Shown here one piece after another: positions 1-10,382 of a stretch of DNA of 64,000 bases. Under the pieces are notes generated by a model, which did no database searches, was not told the origin of the DNA, and saw only the letters and a list, made by a program, of their open reading frames with translations. Position 1 is the first letter of the stretch; each line of letters begins with the position of its first letter. The DNA comes from Acidimicrobiales bacterium (lineage in GTDB: Bacteria > Actinomycetota > Acidimicrobiia > Acidimicrobiales > Bog-793), in contig DATKRV010000098.1 in the NCBI GenBank assembly GCA_035532075.1, positions 42,948-106,947 of the forward strand, read 5' to 3'. Position numbers and translations under genes: made by a program.

Positions 1-373
1 CGCGCGCGATCTCCTCGCAGGTGTAAAAGATCAAGGAGACATCGTGTTGTGGTTCGACCATGCGCTCGGCAAGGTCGAGCATGATTGCCAGACCGCCCTT
101 CATGTCCGCGCTGCCGCATCCATAGAGCCTGTCGTCGCGGATCTCGGCACCGGCATTGCCGTTCGGAACCACGGTATCGAGGTGACCGGCCAGTGCGACA
201 CGAGAACCTCGACCGAGATGCGTGCGCGCGACGACGTTGTCTTCGATGCGCACGGTCTCGAATAGCGGTAACTCCCGGAGTCTTTGCTCGACGAGATCCG
301 CGAGCATTCGTTCCTCGCGACTCACGGACGCGATGTCAACGAGCCGTGCAGTCTCTCTCAGAAGATCGCTCAT
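1..373 (-). CDS. dapE: succinyl-diaminopimelate desuccinylase (M20 family), 5' part only; the gene runs off the window start
   Basis: Absent from the ORF track because it is open at the edge. My minus-strand translation from ATG 373-371 reads MSDLLRETARLVDIASVSREERMLADLVEQRLRELPLFETVRIEDNVVARTHLGRGSRVALAGHLDTVVPNGNAGAEIRDDRLYGCGSADMKGGLAIMLDLAER. GHLDTV and DMKGG are M20 metal-site motifs. It lies next to dapC. Confidence 0.8.
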   Translation of the reverse strand, partial: MSDLLRETARLVDIASVSREERMLADLVEQRLRELPLFETVRIEDNVVARTHLGRGSRVALAGHLDTVVPNGNAGAEIRDDRLYGCGSADMKGGLAIMLDLAERMVEPQHDVSLIFYTCEEIAR

Positions 374-459
374 CTTGATCACTTTACGCAGCGAGGTGCA
401 TACCCGAGCGTGCGTGACTCACAATTGGGAGGGGTCGCAATGCCGTGTTAATACGAGTG

Positions 460-1623
460 TCAACGAAAGAGGCGATCCGCAACGAGTTCGAGCCGCTCGT
501 CCGGGGCAACGAGCGCGACCCTGAAGTTGCCGATTCCCGTCTGTCCGTAGAACTCACCGGGACTGACGAGAACTCCTCCGCGGGCCGCGAGTGCGCGAGT
601 CAGTCCCCATTCGGGTCCCTCTCCCGTCTCCATCTGGCCTCCAAGACCGTCTTCGGGTGCCTGTACCCAAAGATAGAAGCCCCCCTTCGGAATCGACGCG
701 GAGATGCCGAGATCGTCGAGGATCGCCGCAAAACGCAACAGCCGACGGCGGTAGCGGTCGCGCTGGACGCGCACATGGTCATCGTCTTCGAGCGCGACCG
801 CGCCTGCGAGCTGGACCGGTCCCGGCACCATGAATCCCGCATGACGTCGAACCTCGATGAGATAGTGCACCAGTTCCGGGTCACCGGCAAAGAATCCGAC
901 ACGCAGTCCCGCGCAGTTCGATCTCTTCGAAATCGAGTGCACCGCGACGACGCCCTTGAGCCCGTGCTCGAGGATCGAGCGCGCCGGGCCATCCCAGGTG
1001 AACTCGCAGTAGCACTCGTCCGAGAACACGGGGATCTGATGTCGACGTCCCCATTCGGCAACGCTCTGAAGGTCATCAAGCGCACCCGTCGGATTCGACG
1101 GACTATTCGACCAGAGACACAGCGCACGTTCAGCGTCGGACTCCTCGATCGCCTCGAGCGCGAGCGTGCCGTTCGCGCGTGCCGGCACCGCGACCGCGCG
1201 GCATCGGGCGAGCAAGGCACCCATCTCATAGGTGGGGTACGCGGTAGCGGGATGCAAGACGGTGTCTCTTTTGGGATAGCGAAGCTTGAGCCACTGGGGA
1301 ATTCCAGCGACGAGTTCTTTGGTGCCGATGCACGCAGCGAGTTGATCGTGCTCCACCTTAACCAAAAAGCGCCGTTCCATCCAGTCACGCGCCGCCTCCA
1401 AAAGTCGCGCGCTTCCGATTGATGCCGGATAGCCGCGCTCTGCCGCGGATGAGGCGAGCGCCTCGATCACTGCCCCCGGCGGTGGGTCGCACGGTGTCCC
1501 GATGGAGAGGTCGACGACTCCCCCGTCAAACGCGGCTGCGACACGTTCGATCGGCGCAAGTCGGTCGTAGGGATAGGTCGGAAGATCAAAGGGAACAGTT
1601 GGCTCTGTCGCGACGGTCTTCAA
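460..1623 (-). CDS. dapC: PLP-dependent aminotransferase, N-succinyldiaminopimelate aminotransferase type
   Basis: 387-aa ORF. It has the N-terminal FDLPTYPYDRL and the PLP-lysine context HSISKRSNCAGLRVG of class I aminotransferases. It lies between hflX and dapE, with a 4-nt start/stop overlap with hflX. Confidence 0.8.
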   Translation of the reverse strand: MKTVATEPTVPFDLPTYPYDRLAPIERVAAAFDGGVVDLSIGTPCDPPPGAVIEALASSAAERGYPASIGSARLLEAARDWMERRFLVKVEHDQLAACIGTKELVAGIPQWLKLRYPKRDTVLHPATAYPTYEMGALLARCRAVAVPARANGTLALEAIEESDAERALCLWSNSPSNPTGALDDLQSVAEWGRRHQIPVFSDECYCEFTWDGPARSILEHGLKGVVAVHSISKRSNCAGLRVGFFAGDPELVHYLIEVRRHAGFMVPGPVQLAGAVALEDDDHVRVQRDRYRRRLLRFAAILDDLGISASIPKGGFYLWVQAPEDGLGGQMETGEGPEWGLTRALAARGGVLVSPGEFYGQTGIGNFRVALVAPDERLELVADRLFR

Positions 1624-2924
1624 TCGTTCACTCCCTCGACTCTTGACAGACTACTCGGGCCCTTGTGCTGTACAAACTGCACGAAGCGCCGCCGCGCCGT
1701 CTCATCGAGGCGTGCCCTCAAGACTAAATGATCTCCCGCGTCGATGAGGTCAATCACCTCGCCCGCCCGATGAATGGCTGCAATCACGTCGCCGCGGTCA
1801 TAGGGAATCTCGAGATCGACGGCGCGGTCCGCAATCCGCAACTGTTCGGCGATTGCGACAAAGACCTCGTCGATCCCCTCTCGCGTCATCGCCGATGCCG
1901 CGACCGACCCCGGATAGGCGCTTGCAAACAAGGTTGCGCTCGCGCGCGCGATGTCAATCTTGTTGAATACAAGAAGTTCCGGTACATCATCGGCTTCGAT
2001 CTCGGCGAGAACTGAGCGCACCGCCTCCATCTGCGCCTCGGGATTGGTCGCCGAGGCGTCGACAACGTGGACGAGAAGGTCTGAATCTGCTACCACCTCG
2101 AGTGTCGAATGGAACGAATCGACCAACTGATGGGGAAGCTTGCGCACAAAACCGACCGTGTCCGAGATGAGGAACGGCTCTCCACCGGGCAGCGCGGCAC
2201 GGCGCGTACGTGGATCGAGAGTCGCAAAGAGCCGGTTCGCGACGAGCACGTCAGACGAGGTCATGGCATTGAGCAGCGTGGACTTGCCGCTGTTGGTGTA
2301 ACCCACCAGCGAGACACTGCGCAGAGCTCCGCGCCGACGCGATCTGCGCTGAGTCTTGCGCGTCGCCTCGAGGTTGCGCAGGTCGAGTTCGAGCCTGGTG
2401 ATCCTTCGCATGATGCGCCGACGGTCGCTCTCGAGCTGGGTCTCGCCAGGACCACGGGTTCCAATCCTTCCGGCCTGCTGGGAAAGTCCCGTGCCACGTC
2501 CGCGCAGCCTCGGCAGCCGATAGCGCAGCAGTGCAAGCTCGACCTGCGCGCGACCCTCTTCGGAACGGGCATTCTGGGCAAAGATGTCGAGGATCACGGC
2601 CGTGCGATCGATTGCGGTACGCCCGAGAATCTTTTCGAGATTCCGCTGCTGGGCGGGGGTAAGTTCATCGTCGAAGACGACGGTGTCGGCATCGACCGCG
2701 AGACACAGCTGATGGAGCTCCTCTACCTTGCCCTTGCCGATCAGTGTGGCGGGATCGAGGCTCTCGCGACTCTGGATGATCCGCGCCGCCTCGTCGGCTC
2801 CCGCCGTATCGATCAACAGGCTCAGTTCGTCGAGACTCGCCTCCACCTCATCTTGGGTGCGCGGCCAGCTAATCACGCCGACGAGCACGATTCGCTCGCG
2901 GAAACTGCGCTCGATCAGCGTCAC
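1620..2924 (-). CDS. hflX: GTPase HflX
   Basis: 434 aa. P-loop GYTNSGKSTLLNAMT, then DTVGF and NKID G-motifs, plus the HflX N-terminal domain with its Arg-rich linker. Confidence 0.92.
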   Translation of the reverse strand: MTLIERSFRERIVLVGVISWPRTQDEVEASLDELSLLIDTAGADEAARIIQSRESLDPATLIGKGKVEELHQLCLAVDADTVVFDDELTPAQQRNLEKILGRTAIDRTAVILDIFAQNARSEEGRAQVELALLRYRLPRLRGRGTGLSQQAGRIGTRGPGETQLESDRRRIMRRITRLELDLRNLEATRKTQRRSRRRGALRSVSLVGYTNSGKSTLLNAMTSSDVLVANRLFATLDPRTRRAALPGGEPFLISDTVGFVRKLPHQLVDSFHSTLEVVADSDLLVHVVDASATNPEAQMEAVRSVLAEIEADDVPELLVFNKIDIARASATLFASAYPGSVAASAMTREGIDEVFVAIAEQLRIADRAVDLEIPYDRGDVIAAIHRAGEVIDLIDAGDHLVLRARLDETARRRFVQFVQHKGPSSLSRVEGVND

Positions 2925-3820
2925 TGATGATGGCCCACTGCAAGATGGAGCGACTCGAGATCATGCACGGTGAGCGAGACCGAACCAACGCGCCGCGCCG
3001 AACCGGTGAGGATGACCCCGGGAGTGTCTGGCTGGCCGACTAACTCGACAGTGACATCACCACCCGGATTGTGCACCTCGACACGCCCGTCGACAAGTCC
3101 CGCAAGGTGCGCCGCCGCGACCGCTGCACACGATCCAGTTCCGCACGCGAGGGTCAATCCCGCGCCTCGTTCCCATGTATCAACGCTGATCCGCGCGCGG
3201 TCGCCGCGCGTCGTGGCGAGTTCAACGTTCTGCCCGCCGGGCACAACGCTCTCAAGGCTCGGGCCGATCACTGCAACATCCATGCCGTCGTCGACGGTCG
3301 CGACAAGCACGAGATGGGGATTTCCGATATTGACGCTATAGGCGGTCCTCGTCGCAGTATCGAACTCTGGAGAGCGCACAATGCTCGCCTCGCCCATCTC
3401 GACGCGGATCTCGCCGCGGCCGATTGCATCTGTGACAAGAACCTGCGCGTGACTCGTTCCGACGATGGTCTCGACAAGCAGCTGGTTCTTGTCGATCATC
3501 TTTTCGTGAAGAGCAGCGAGTACCGCGCAGCGGATTCCGTTGCCAGAGGTCTCGGCGATCGAGCCATCTACATTTCTCAGCTCCATGAAGAGATCGCCGC
3601 CGCGCATGGGAGAAGAGAGCCGCAAGAGTCCATCCGCTCCGATTCCAAGGTGGCGGTCGCACAGCGCCCGCGCCTGCGCTGCATCGAATCTCAACGCTCG
3701 TGGGAGATCGATGAGAACAAGAAAATCGTTGCCGAGTCCCTCATATTTGCGAATCGTCAGCGGTTCCATCTCGCCATTGTCCCACGACAATTCGCGGTAT
3801 CCGCCGGCCTCTTTCCTCAT
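2921..3820 (-). CDS. dapF: diaminopimelate epimerase
   Basis: GLGNDFLVL motif and both catalytic Cys contexts (SGNGIRC, ACGTGSCA). The ORF is open to 3925. ATG 3820 makes an ATGA overlap with the miaA stop, and ATG 3769 (MEPLTIRKYEG) is the alternative start. Confidence 0.9.
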   Translation of the reverse strand: MRKEAGGYRELSWDNGEMEPLTIRKYEGLGNDFLVLIDLPRALRFDAAQARALCDRHLGIGADGLLRLSSPMRGGDLFMELRNVDGSIAETSGNGIRCAVLAALHEKMIDKNQLLVETIVGTSHAQVLVTDAIGRGEIRVEMGEASIVRSPEFDTATRTAYSVNIGNPHLVLVATVDDGMDVAVIGPSLESVVPGGQNVELATTRGDRARISVDTWERGAGLTLACGTGSCAAVAAAHLAGLVDGRVEVHNPGGDVTVELVGQPDTPGVILTGSARRVGSVSLTVHDLESLHLAVGHHQ

Positions 3821-4755
3821 TTGGTTGTGGTCGGAGAGCTGGAGAGGAGCGAGAGATCGAGGTGATCGACAAGATCCTCGTCGAGCGCGTCCATCCACTG
3901 CACTCGGGGATCGCGTCGAAACCATGCCTTCTGGCGCCTCGCAAAGCGTTTCGTTCTCGCAATGATCAGTGCGATCGCCTCCTCATAGGTCGTCCGCCGT
4001 TCGAGAAATTCGATCAGTTCACGATATCCAAGCGCCTGCGCGGCCGTTCTCGAGAGTGGCCCGACGCGTCTCACGATCTCTGCCACCTCCTCGGCAAAGC
4101 CCTCCTCGAGCTGGACGAGGAGCCGGCGCTCGATGCGCGAGGCGAGTTCGTCCCCAGACATCTCCAGCCCGACGATCGGCACCTCGCTCGATGCGTATAC
4201 CGCCATCCCCGATCCAAACGTACTGAACGGACGACCACTTCCGAGCGTCACCTCAAGTGCGCGGAGGATGCGTCGAAGATTGGTCGCGTTGATCCGCTCC
4301 GCAGCAACCGGATCGAGCTCTTTGAGTTCGACATAGAGCGCTTCGACTCCCCCCGGTGCTTGCGCGCGCGCGGCAAGATCCGTGGCGATCTCCGCGTAGC
4401 GTCCGGCAAGATCGAGACCGTCGACCGCAGCTCTTTGATAGAGCCCGGTACCCCCGACATAGATCGCGCGATGACCACGGCCTTCGATCTCTTTTTTTGC
4501 GAGCAGAAACGCGTGCTGAAACTGCGCGACAGAGAACTCCTCGGTGGGCTCGACAAGATCAATGCAGTGCCAGACAATCCCCTCGCGCTCGTGCGCGCGG
4601 GGCTTTGCGGTGCCAATATCAAGCCCCCGATAGACCGCCATCGCGTCGATGCTGATGAGCTCGATGTCCAAATGGCGCCGCGCGAGTGCGACCGCCGCCG
4701 CAGTCTTGCCAGAGGCCGTCGGGCCAACGATCGAAATGTGGTGCGCGCGAGTCAC
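3817..4755 (-). CDS. miaA: tRNA dimethylallyltransferase
   Basis: P-loop ISIVGPTASGKTAAAVALA close to the N-terminus. The ORF is open to 4869, but GTG 4755 (VTRAHHISIVGP) gives the usual short MiaA N-terminus. That GTG overlaps the stop of the upstream small ORF as GTGA. Confidence 0.9.
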   Translation of the reverse strand: MTRAHHISIVGPTASGKTAAAVALARRHLDIELISIDAMAVYRGLDIGTAKPRAHEREGIVWHCIDLVEPTEEFSVAQFQHAFLLAKKEIEGRGHRAIYVGGTGLYQRAAVDGLDLAGRYAEIATDLAARAQAPGGVEALYVELKELDPVAAERINATNLRRILRALEVTLGSGRPFSTFGSGMAVYASSEVPIVGLEMSGDELASRIERRLLVQLEEGFAEEVAEIVRRVGPLSRTAAQALGYRELIEFLERRTTYEEAIALIIARTKRFARRQKAWFRRDPRVQWMDALDEDLVDHLDLSLLSSSPTTTK

Positions 4756-4961
4756 GTCGTCGCGGACGACCAAGGACAATCCATGAGTTGGCCGATGCGT
4801 TGGCGCATGATCTTGGCACGCAGACACGTACCGGACACGGAGCGGCTGACCTGGTCTTTGTCCCCACACTCGCCCGCGGAGAGGCTGGCATGCTCAGCCG
4901 TGGCGATCGGAGCGATCCGATCCAGCACCACTGATGTGCGCACGCTTTGCCCCTTCTCCAT
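4752..4961 (-). CDS. hypothetical 69-aa protein (candidate only)
   Basis: ATG-initiated ORF MEKGQSVRTSVVLDRIAPIATAEHASLSAGECGDKDQ.... I counted third-codon-position GC at 52 of 69. Its TGA overlaps the proposed miaA GTG. I recognise no family, and it competes with the long N-terminal extension frame of miaA. Confidence 0.3.
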   Translation of the reverse strand: MEKGQSVRTSVVLDRIAPIATAEHASLSAGECGDKDQVSRSVSGTCLRAKIMRQRIGQLMDCPWSSATT

Positions 4962-4989
4962 CCGTCATCGCCTCTCGATGAGGAGATGG

Positions 4990-5090
4990 GCGGGTCTTAC
5001 CTCTAAGTCGCACCATGCTCGGCAACCAAGGGTTGCCTTACGTGGGTCGTTTCGCCTGCGACTGGCATCGACTTGCAACCACAGACCCGC
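4990..5090 (-). other. unassigned structured element (multi-helix junction) in the gap upstream of the small ORF and miaA
   Basis: Perfect helices read directly from the sequence: GCGGGTCT 4990-4997 with AGACCCGC 5083-5090; AAGTCG 5005-5010 with CGACTT 5069-5074; hairpin GGCAACC-AAG-GGTTGCC 5021-5037. AGTCGCA 5006-5012 can alternatively pair with TGCGACT 5057-5063. The strand is assumed from the flanking genes. Confidence 0.3.
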
Positions 5091-5176
5091 TCCGAGTCCG
5101 TAGGCCGAGTTTAGGTCCGATCGGCGACGCCTCCCACATGTTCTCGGAACGGCTCTTCCCAACGGAGCCTAAAACC

Positions 5177-5422
5177 CTATCCTTGGCCGGTCACGATGGC
5201 GTCGGCGAACGAGCGCTCGAGCTCCAATGCCTCGGATTCACCGATTTCGATCGCCTCTGAGTCGAGCAGAACAGGGATCTGGTTCTTGATCACATAGGCA
5301 CGCCGTGTCCGCACGTTGTAGAGAAGTGACCGCTCGGCGAAGTACCAGAGAGGTTCATGATCGACAGGATCGACCAGCACCGAAAGCAACGCGCCAGGAA
5401 GGGAGGGCTTTGGCTCACTCAC
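5177..5422 (-). CDS. Trm112 family (UPF0434/DUF343-like) small protein
   Basis: The C-terminal 80 aa of the 124-aa ORF, LLSVLVDPVDHEPLWYFAERSLLYNVRTRRAYVIKNQIPVLL, has the Trm112-like pattern. GTG 5422 forms a GTGA overlap with the stop of the phosphomannomutase gene. Confidence 0.65.
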   Translation of the reverse strand: MSEPKPSLPGALLSVLVDPVDHEPLWYFAERSLLYNVRTRRAYVIKNQIPVLLDSEAIEIGESEALELERSFADAIVTGQG

Positions 5423-6828
5423 AGCGGACTCTCGATCCCGAGCAGATCCAGCACCTCTTTGACGCGTCGGTCGCACTCGTCTTTTGTCGGTGCCTCGACA
5501 TTGAGACGGAGCAGGGGTTCGGTGTTCGAGGGGCGCAGGTTGAACCACCACGGACCGAAATCGACCGTGAGCCCGTCGAGTTCGTCAAGGGCTGCGCCGA
5601 GTCTGCCGTAGTGCTCTTTCGTCAATGTGATTAACGCCCGCTGGTCCTCGACAACGTTGTTGATCTCACCGGAGGCGACATAGCGCTCGAACGGAGCTCT
5701 CAGCTGGGAGAGCGTGCCCCCGGACACGCTCAGCACCTCAAGCACCACAAGGGCTGCGATGATCCCCGAATCGGCGCGGTAGTTATCGCGAAAGTAATAG
5801 TGCCCGGAGTGTTCGCCACCAAAGACCGCATCGGATTCGGCCATGACCTCCTTGATGAACGAGTGGCCGACTCGGGTACGAAGTCCGGTTCCGCCGCGTT
5901 CCTCGATCACCTCGCGCACGGTCTTCGAACAGATGCAGTTGTAAAGGACGGTGGCACCGGGATGTTTTTGCAACATCGCCGCGGCGACGATCGCGGTGGT
6001 CGTAGAACCCGACAGCGCGAAGCCGAGTTCATCAACGAGAAAGACGCGATCTGCATCTCCATCGAATGCGAGACCGACATCGGCACCGGTCTCCAGCAGC
6101 CGCCGTTGCAGGTCGACGAGATTCTCCGGCTGGATCGGATCGGCGGGATGGTTCGGAAAGGAGCCATCAAGCTCCCCGTAGAGCAGATCGAGCGTGGCCG
6201 GAAGTCCGGAGAAGACGCTCGGCGCGACGAGCCCACCCATGCCGTTGGCTGTATCGGCGACAATGCGCAGGTGCCTGAGCGTCGAGACATCGATGAACGA
6301 TCGGACGTGATCCGCAAAGTTATCGAGCAAGTTGCGCCTTTCGACCTCGGGAACGACAATCGGCAGCTCGACATTGCTGAGCATCTGCTCGGCGATCGCG
6401 AGCACTTCGAGAAGTCCACTCTCCTCTCCAACCGGTGCGGCATTGGCAAGACAGAACTTCATCCCGTTGTAACCGGCAGGATTGTGCGACGCGGTGAGCA
6501 TGATGCCAGGTGACGCGAGTACGCCTGAGGCGAAATAGAGCATGTCAGTCGAGGCGAGTCCGAGATCGATCACACGAAGACCCGCCTGCGTCGCGCCTGC
6601 GATCACCGCACCGATCAACTCAGGTCCAGAGTCGCGCATGTCGCGCGCTACAACAAGAATGTCCGGTACGCGCCCCTGTCGCGAGGTCTCGGTAAGCGCA
6701 AAGGTTGCAAAGCCATAGCCAATGGCATAGGCCATCGCCGGGTTGAACTGGTCGGGCACGGTTCCCCGAACGTCATAGGCCTTGAAGATTGCACGAAGTG
6801 CTGGGTTCTCTGCCACGTCGGTGGTCAT
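5419..6828 (-). CDS. phosphomannomutase/phosphoglucomutase (alpha-D-phosphohexomutase)
   Basis: Active-site loop TASHNPAGYNGMKF, Mg site FDGDADR and sugar loop GGEHSGH. The ORF is open to 6873. ATG 6828 (MTTDVAENPALRAIFKAYDVRG) is the likelier start. Confidence 0.92.
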   Translation of the reverse strand: MTTDVAENPALRAIFKAYDVRGTVPDQFNPAMAYAIGYGFATFALTETSRQGRVPDILVVARDMRDSGPELIGAVIAGATQAGLRVIDLGLASTDMLYFASGVLASPGIMLTASHNPAGYNGMKFCLANAAPVGEESGLLEVLAIAEQMLSNVELPIVVPEVERRNLLDNFADHVRSFIDVSTLRHLRIVADTANGMGGLVAPSVFSGLPATLDLLYGELDGSFPNHPADPIQPENLVDLQRRLLETGADVGLAFDGDADRVFLVDELGFALSGSTTTAIVAAAMLQKHPGATVLYNCICSKTVREVIEERGGTGLRTRVGHSFIKEVMAESDAVFGGEHSGHYYFRDNYRADSGIIAALVVLEVLSVSGGTLSQLRAPFERYVASGEINNVVEDQRALITLTKEHYGRLGAALDELDGLTVDFGPWWFNLRPSNTEPLLRLNVEAPTKDECDRRVKEVLDLLGIESPL

Positions 6829-6891
6829 CCTATTCGTTGGAGGGCACCCGATACGCCCCGATGGACGATTCATCCGGGAACCCCGAGATCG

Positions 6892-7755
6892 TCAGTGTGT
6901 TCTCGCAAGCGCGATGAACGTCGCACTGTTGAAGGTGACGTGGGCAATGAATCCGGGACCGAGACGGCCGCTGCTCCACGCGAGGAGCGCGAGTAAAACA
7001 CCGAATCCCGACAGCGCGAGCAGCTCAAGTGGCTCGAAATGGACAACACCGAAGAAGACTCCGTCCAACGCGACCGGCAGTGCGATCGCGACCAACCGCG
7101 GCGATCGCGTGATTCGCCAATTCGAAAATCGCCCCAGCAACGCGCGAAGCACGAGCCCGCGAAAATACAGCTCCTCGACGATCGGACTGCCAAGGCAGAC
7201 AAACAGCCCGAGGATGAAAAAATGCGATCCGGTAATATTGTGCGTCAGTGAGTTCGCAGGGTCATTGAGACGCGCGAACAGATCCGGAATGAACGGAACG
7301 AGTGGCAGCTCGAACAGTGGTGTGAGCAGATACTGTCCGAAAAGACCCATCACGATCCCGGTCAGCAGGTCAATTGGTCGGATCGCGATCCCATAGTCCG
7401 CCCGCATCTGGACCAGATACCCGACATGCGCACGATCTGTGCCGAGGCGATAGGTTCCAAGTTCAAGTGTCTCGCCATATACCGCCTCGTCCGGGCGCTG
7501 ACGCGACAGCCTGCGCGCAATAAAAACCGACGCGAGAAGTCCAACCCACAGCCCCGCCAGGTTCAACAGATCCTGCGCGTAGAGACTCGGAGCAGCATTC
7601 GTACCTCTCGCATGTGGCCAGAGATTGACAGCGGCGGTCGCGATCAGCCATCCCGTGACAAGCCCGATGACCGCCGCACCGAGTCCAAATGAATTGGGCC
7701 GAGCGGGTGCGCCACCGATCAGAAGAGGAATCCGTTTGTTCACCCGAAGCCGCAT
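6892..7755 (-). CDS. CPBP family intramembrane glutamic endopeptidase (CAAX protease/Abi)
   Basis: Polytopic protein with EELYFRG and FGVVHFE motifs. The ORF is open to 7944 but would then overlap ftsH, so ATG 7755 (MRLRVNKRIPLL) is preferred. Confidence 0.8.
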   Translation of the reverse strand: MRLRVNKRIPLLIGGAPARPNSFGLGAAVIGLVTGWLIATAAVNLWPHARGTNAAPSLYAQDLLNLAGLWVGLLASVFIARRLSRQRPDEAVYGETLELGTYRLGTDRAHVGYLVQMRADYGIAIRPIDLLTGIVMGLFGQYLLTPLFELPLVPFIPDLFARLNDPANSLTHNITGSHFFILGLFVCLGSPIVEELYFRGLVLRALLGRFSNWRITRSPRLVAIALPVALDGVFFGVVHFEPLELLALSGFGVLLALLAWSSGRLGPGFIAHVTFNSATFIALARTH

Positions 7756-7859
7756 CGCACCACCATCATCGCAGACTGTTCCTCGGTCAATCCCAGATCG
7801 ATCCAAAGAACCCGGTGTCGTGCGTCTGAATAGCGGCGTCGTCGGCCTACGATGGAGCA

Positions 7860-9956
<2,097 letters not shown>

Positions 9957-10382
9957 TCTGCAGGTATCCAAGAGCCAAGACGCGAATGCGCGGACAGACC
10001 CGCAGACGAGGCGCAGCGCGGGCCGCGAAGCGCTCTGGAACGTGACTTTGATCACGCACTCGTGATTGGTCAAACGATCAATGGGAGGCGCCCTTTGCGG
10101 CCAACTTCTTCATGCGAGGGCGAGATCGTCACGGATGAACTGTCTCTTCGTCTGTGTGGCCAGCTCCCTGTCGTGATGACCAACAACACCCAAGCGAGAC
10201 GCGACTTCGGTCTGTTGCATCTCGCCACATCCTCCGCCGAGACTGACCGTCCATCGCGAGACCGTGGAGTTGGCGATTTCAAGCGCCCAGCTCCAATTCC
10301 CGATCGCGCCACAAGAAGGTGCCTCTACAGATGAGACCCCGAGCGATCTCCCATAGACTCAGAACCTCTCCAAGGAGACGCG

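Noticed and set aside
445-1422. Long alternate-frame or antisense ORFs throughout the track (for example 445..1422+, 2109..2927+, 3862..5103+, 8979..10073-, 19487..21115+, 31093..32004-, 38963..40009-, 44292..45551-, 51083..51979-)
   Set aside because: They lie entirely inside well-supported genes on the other strand or frame. Their translations are Arg/Pro/Ser/Gly-rich with no motifs, the usual stop-codon-poor shadow frames of high-GC DNA.
4756-5176. Possibility that the gap upstream of miaA encodes RNase P RNA, tmRNA, SRP RNA or 6S RNA
   Set aside because: I could not find the universally conserved strings I remember for these RNAs on either strand: the GAGGAAAGUCCGGGC-type P4 region, ACAGAACCCGGC, the tRNA-like ...GGUUCGAUUCC...CCA end, or the GGAAG/AGCA SRP loops. 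It is kept only as an unassigned structure.
10100-10382. c-di-AMP (ydaO-type) riboswitch ahead of the secreted-protein gene
   Set aside because: The conserved GGGGACCCA, GGGGUGAAUC and CAGCUAACC-type segments are absent.
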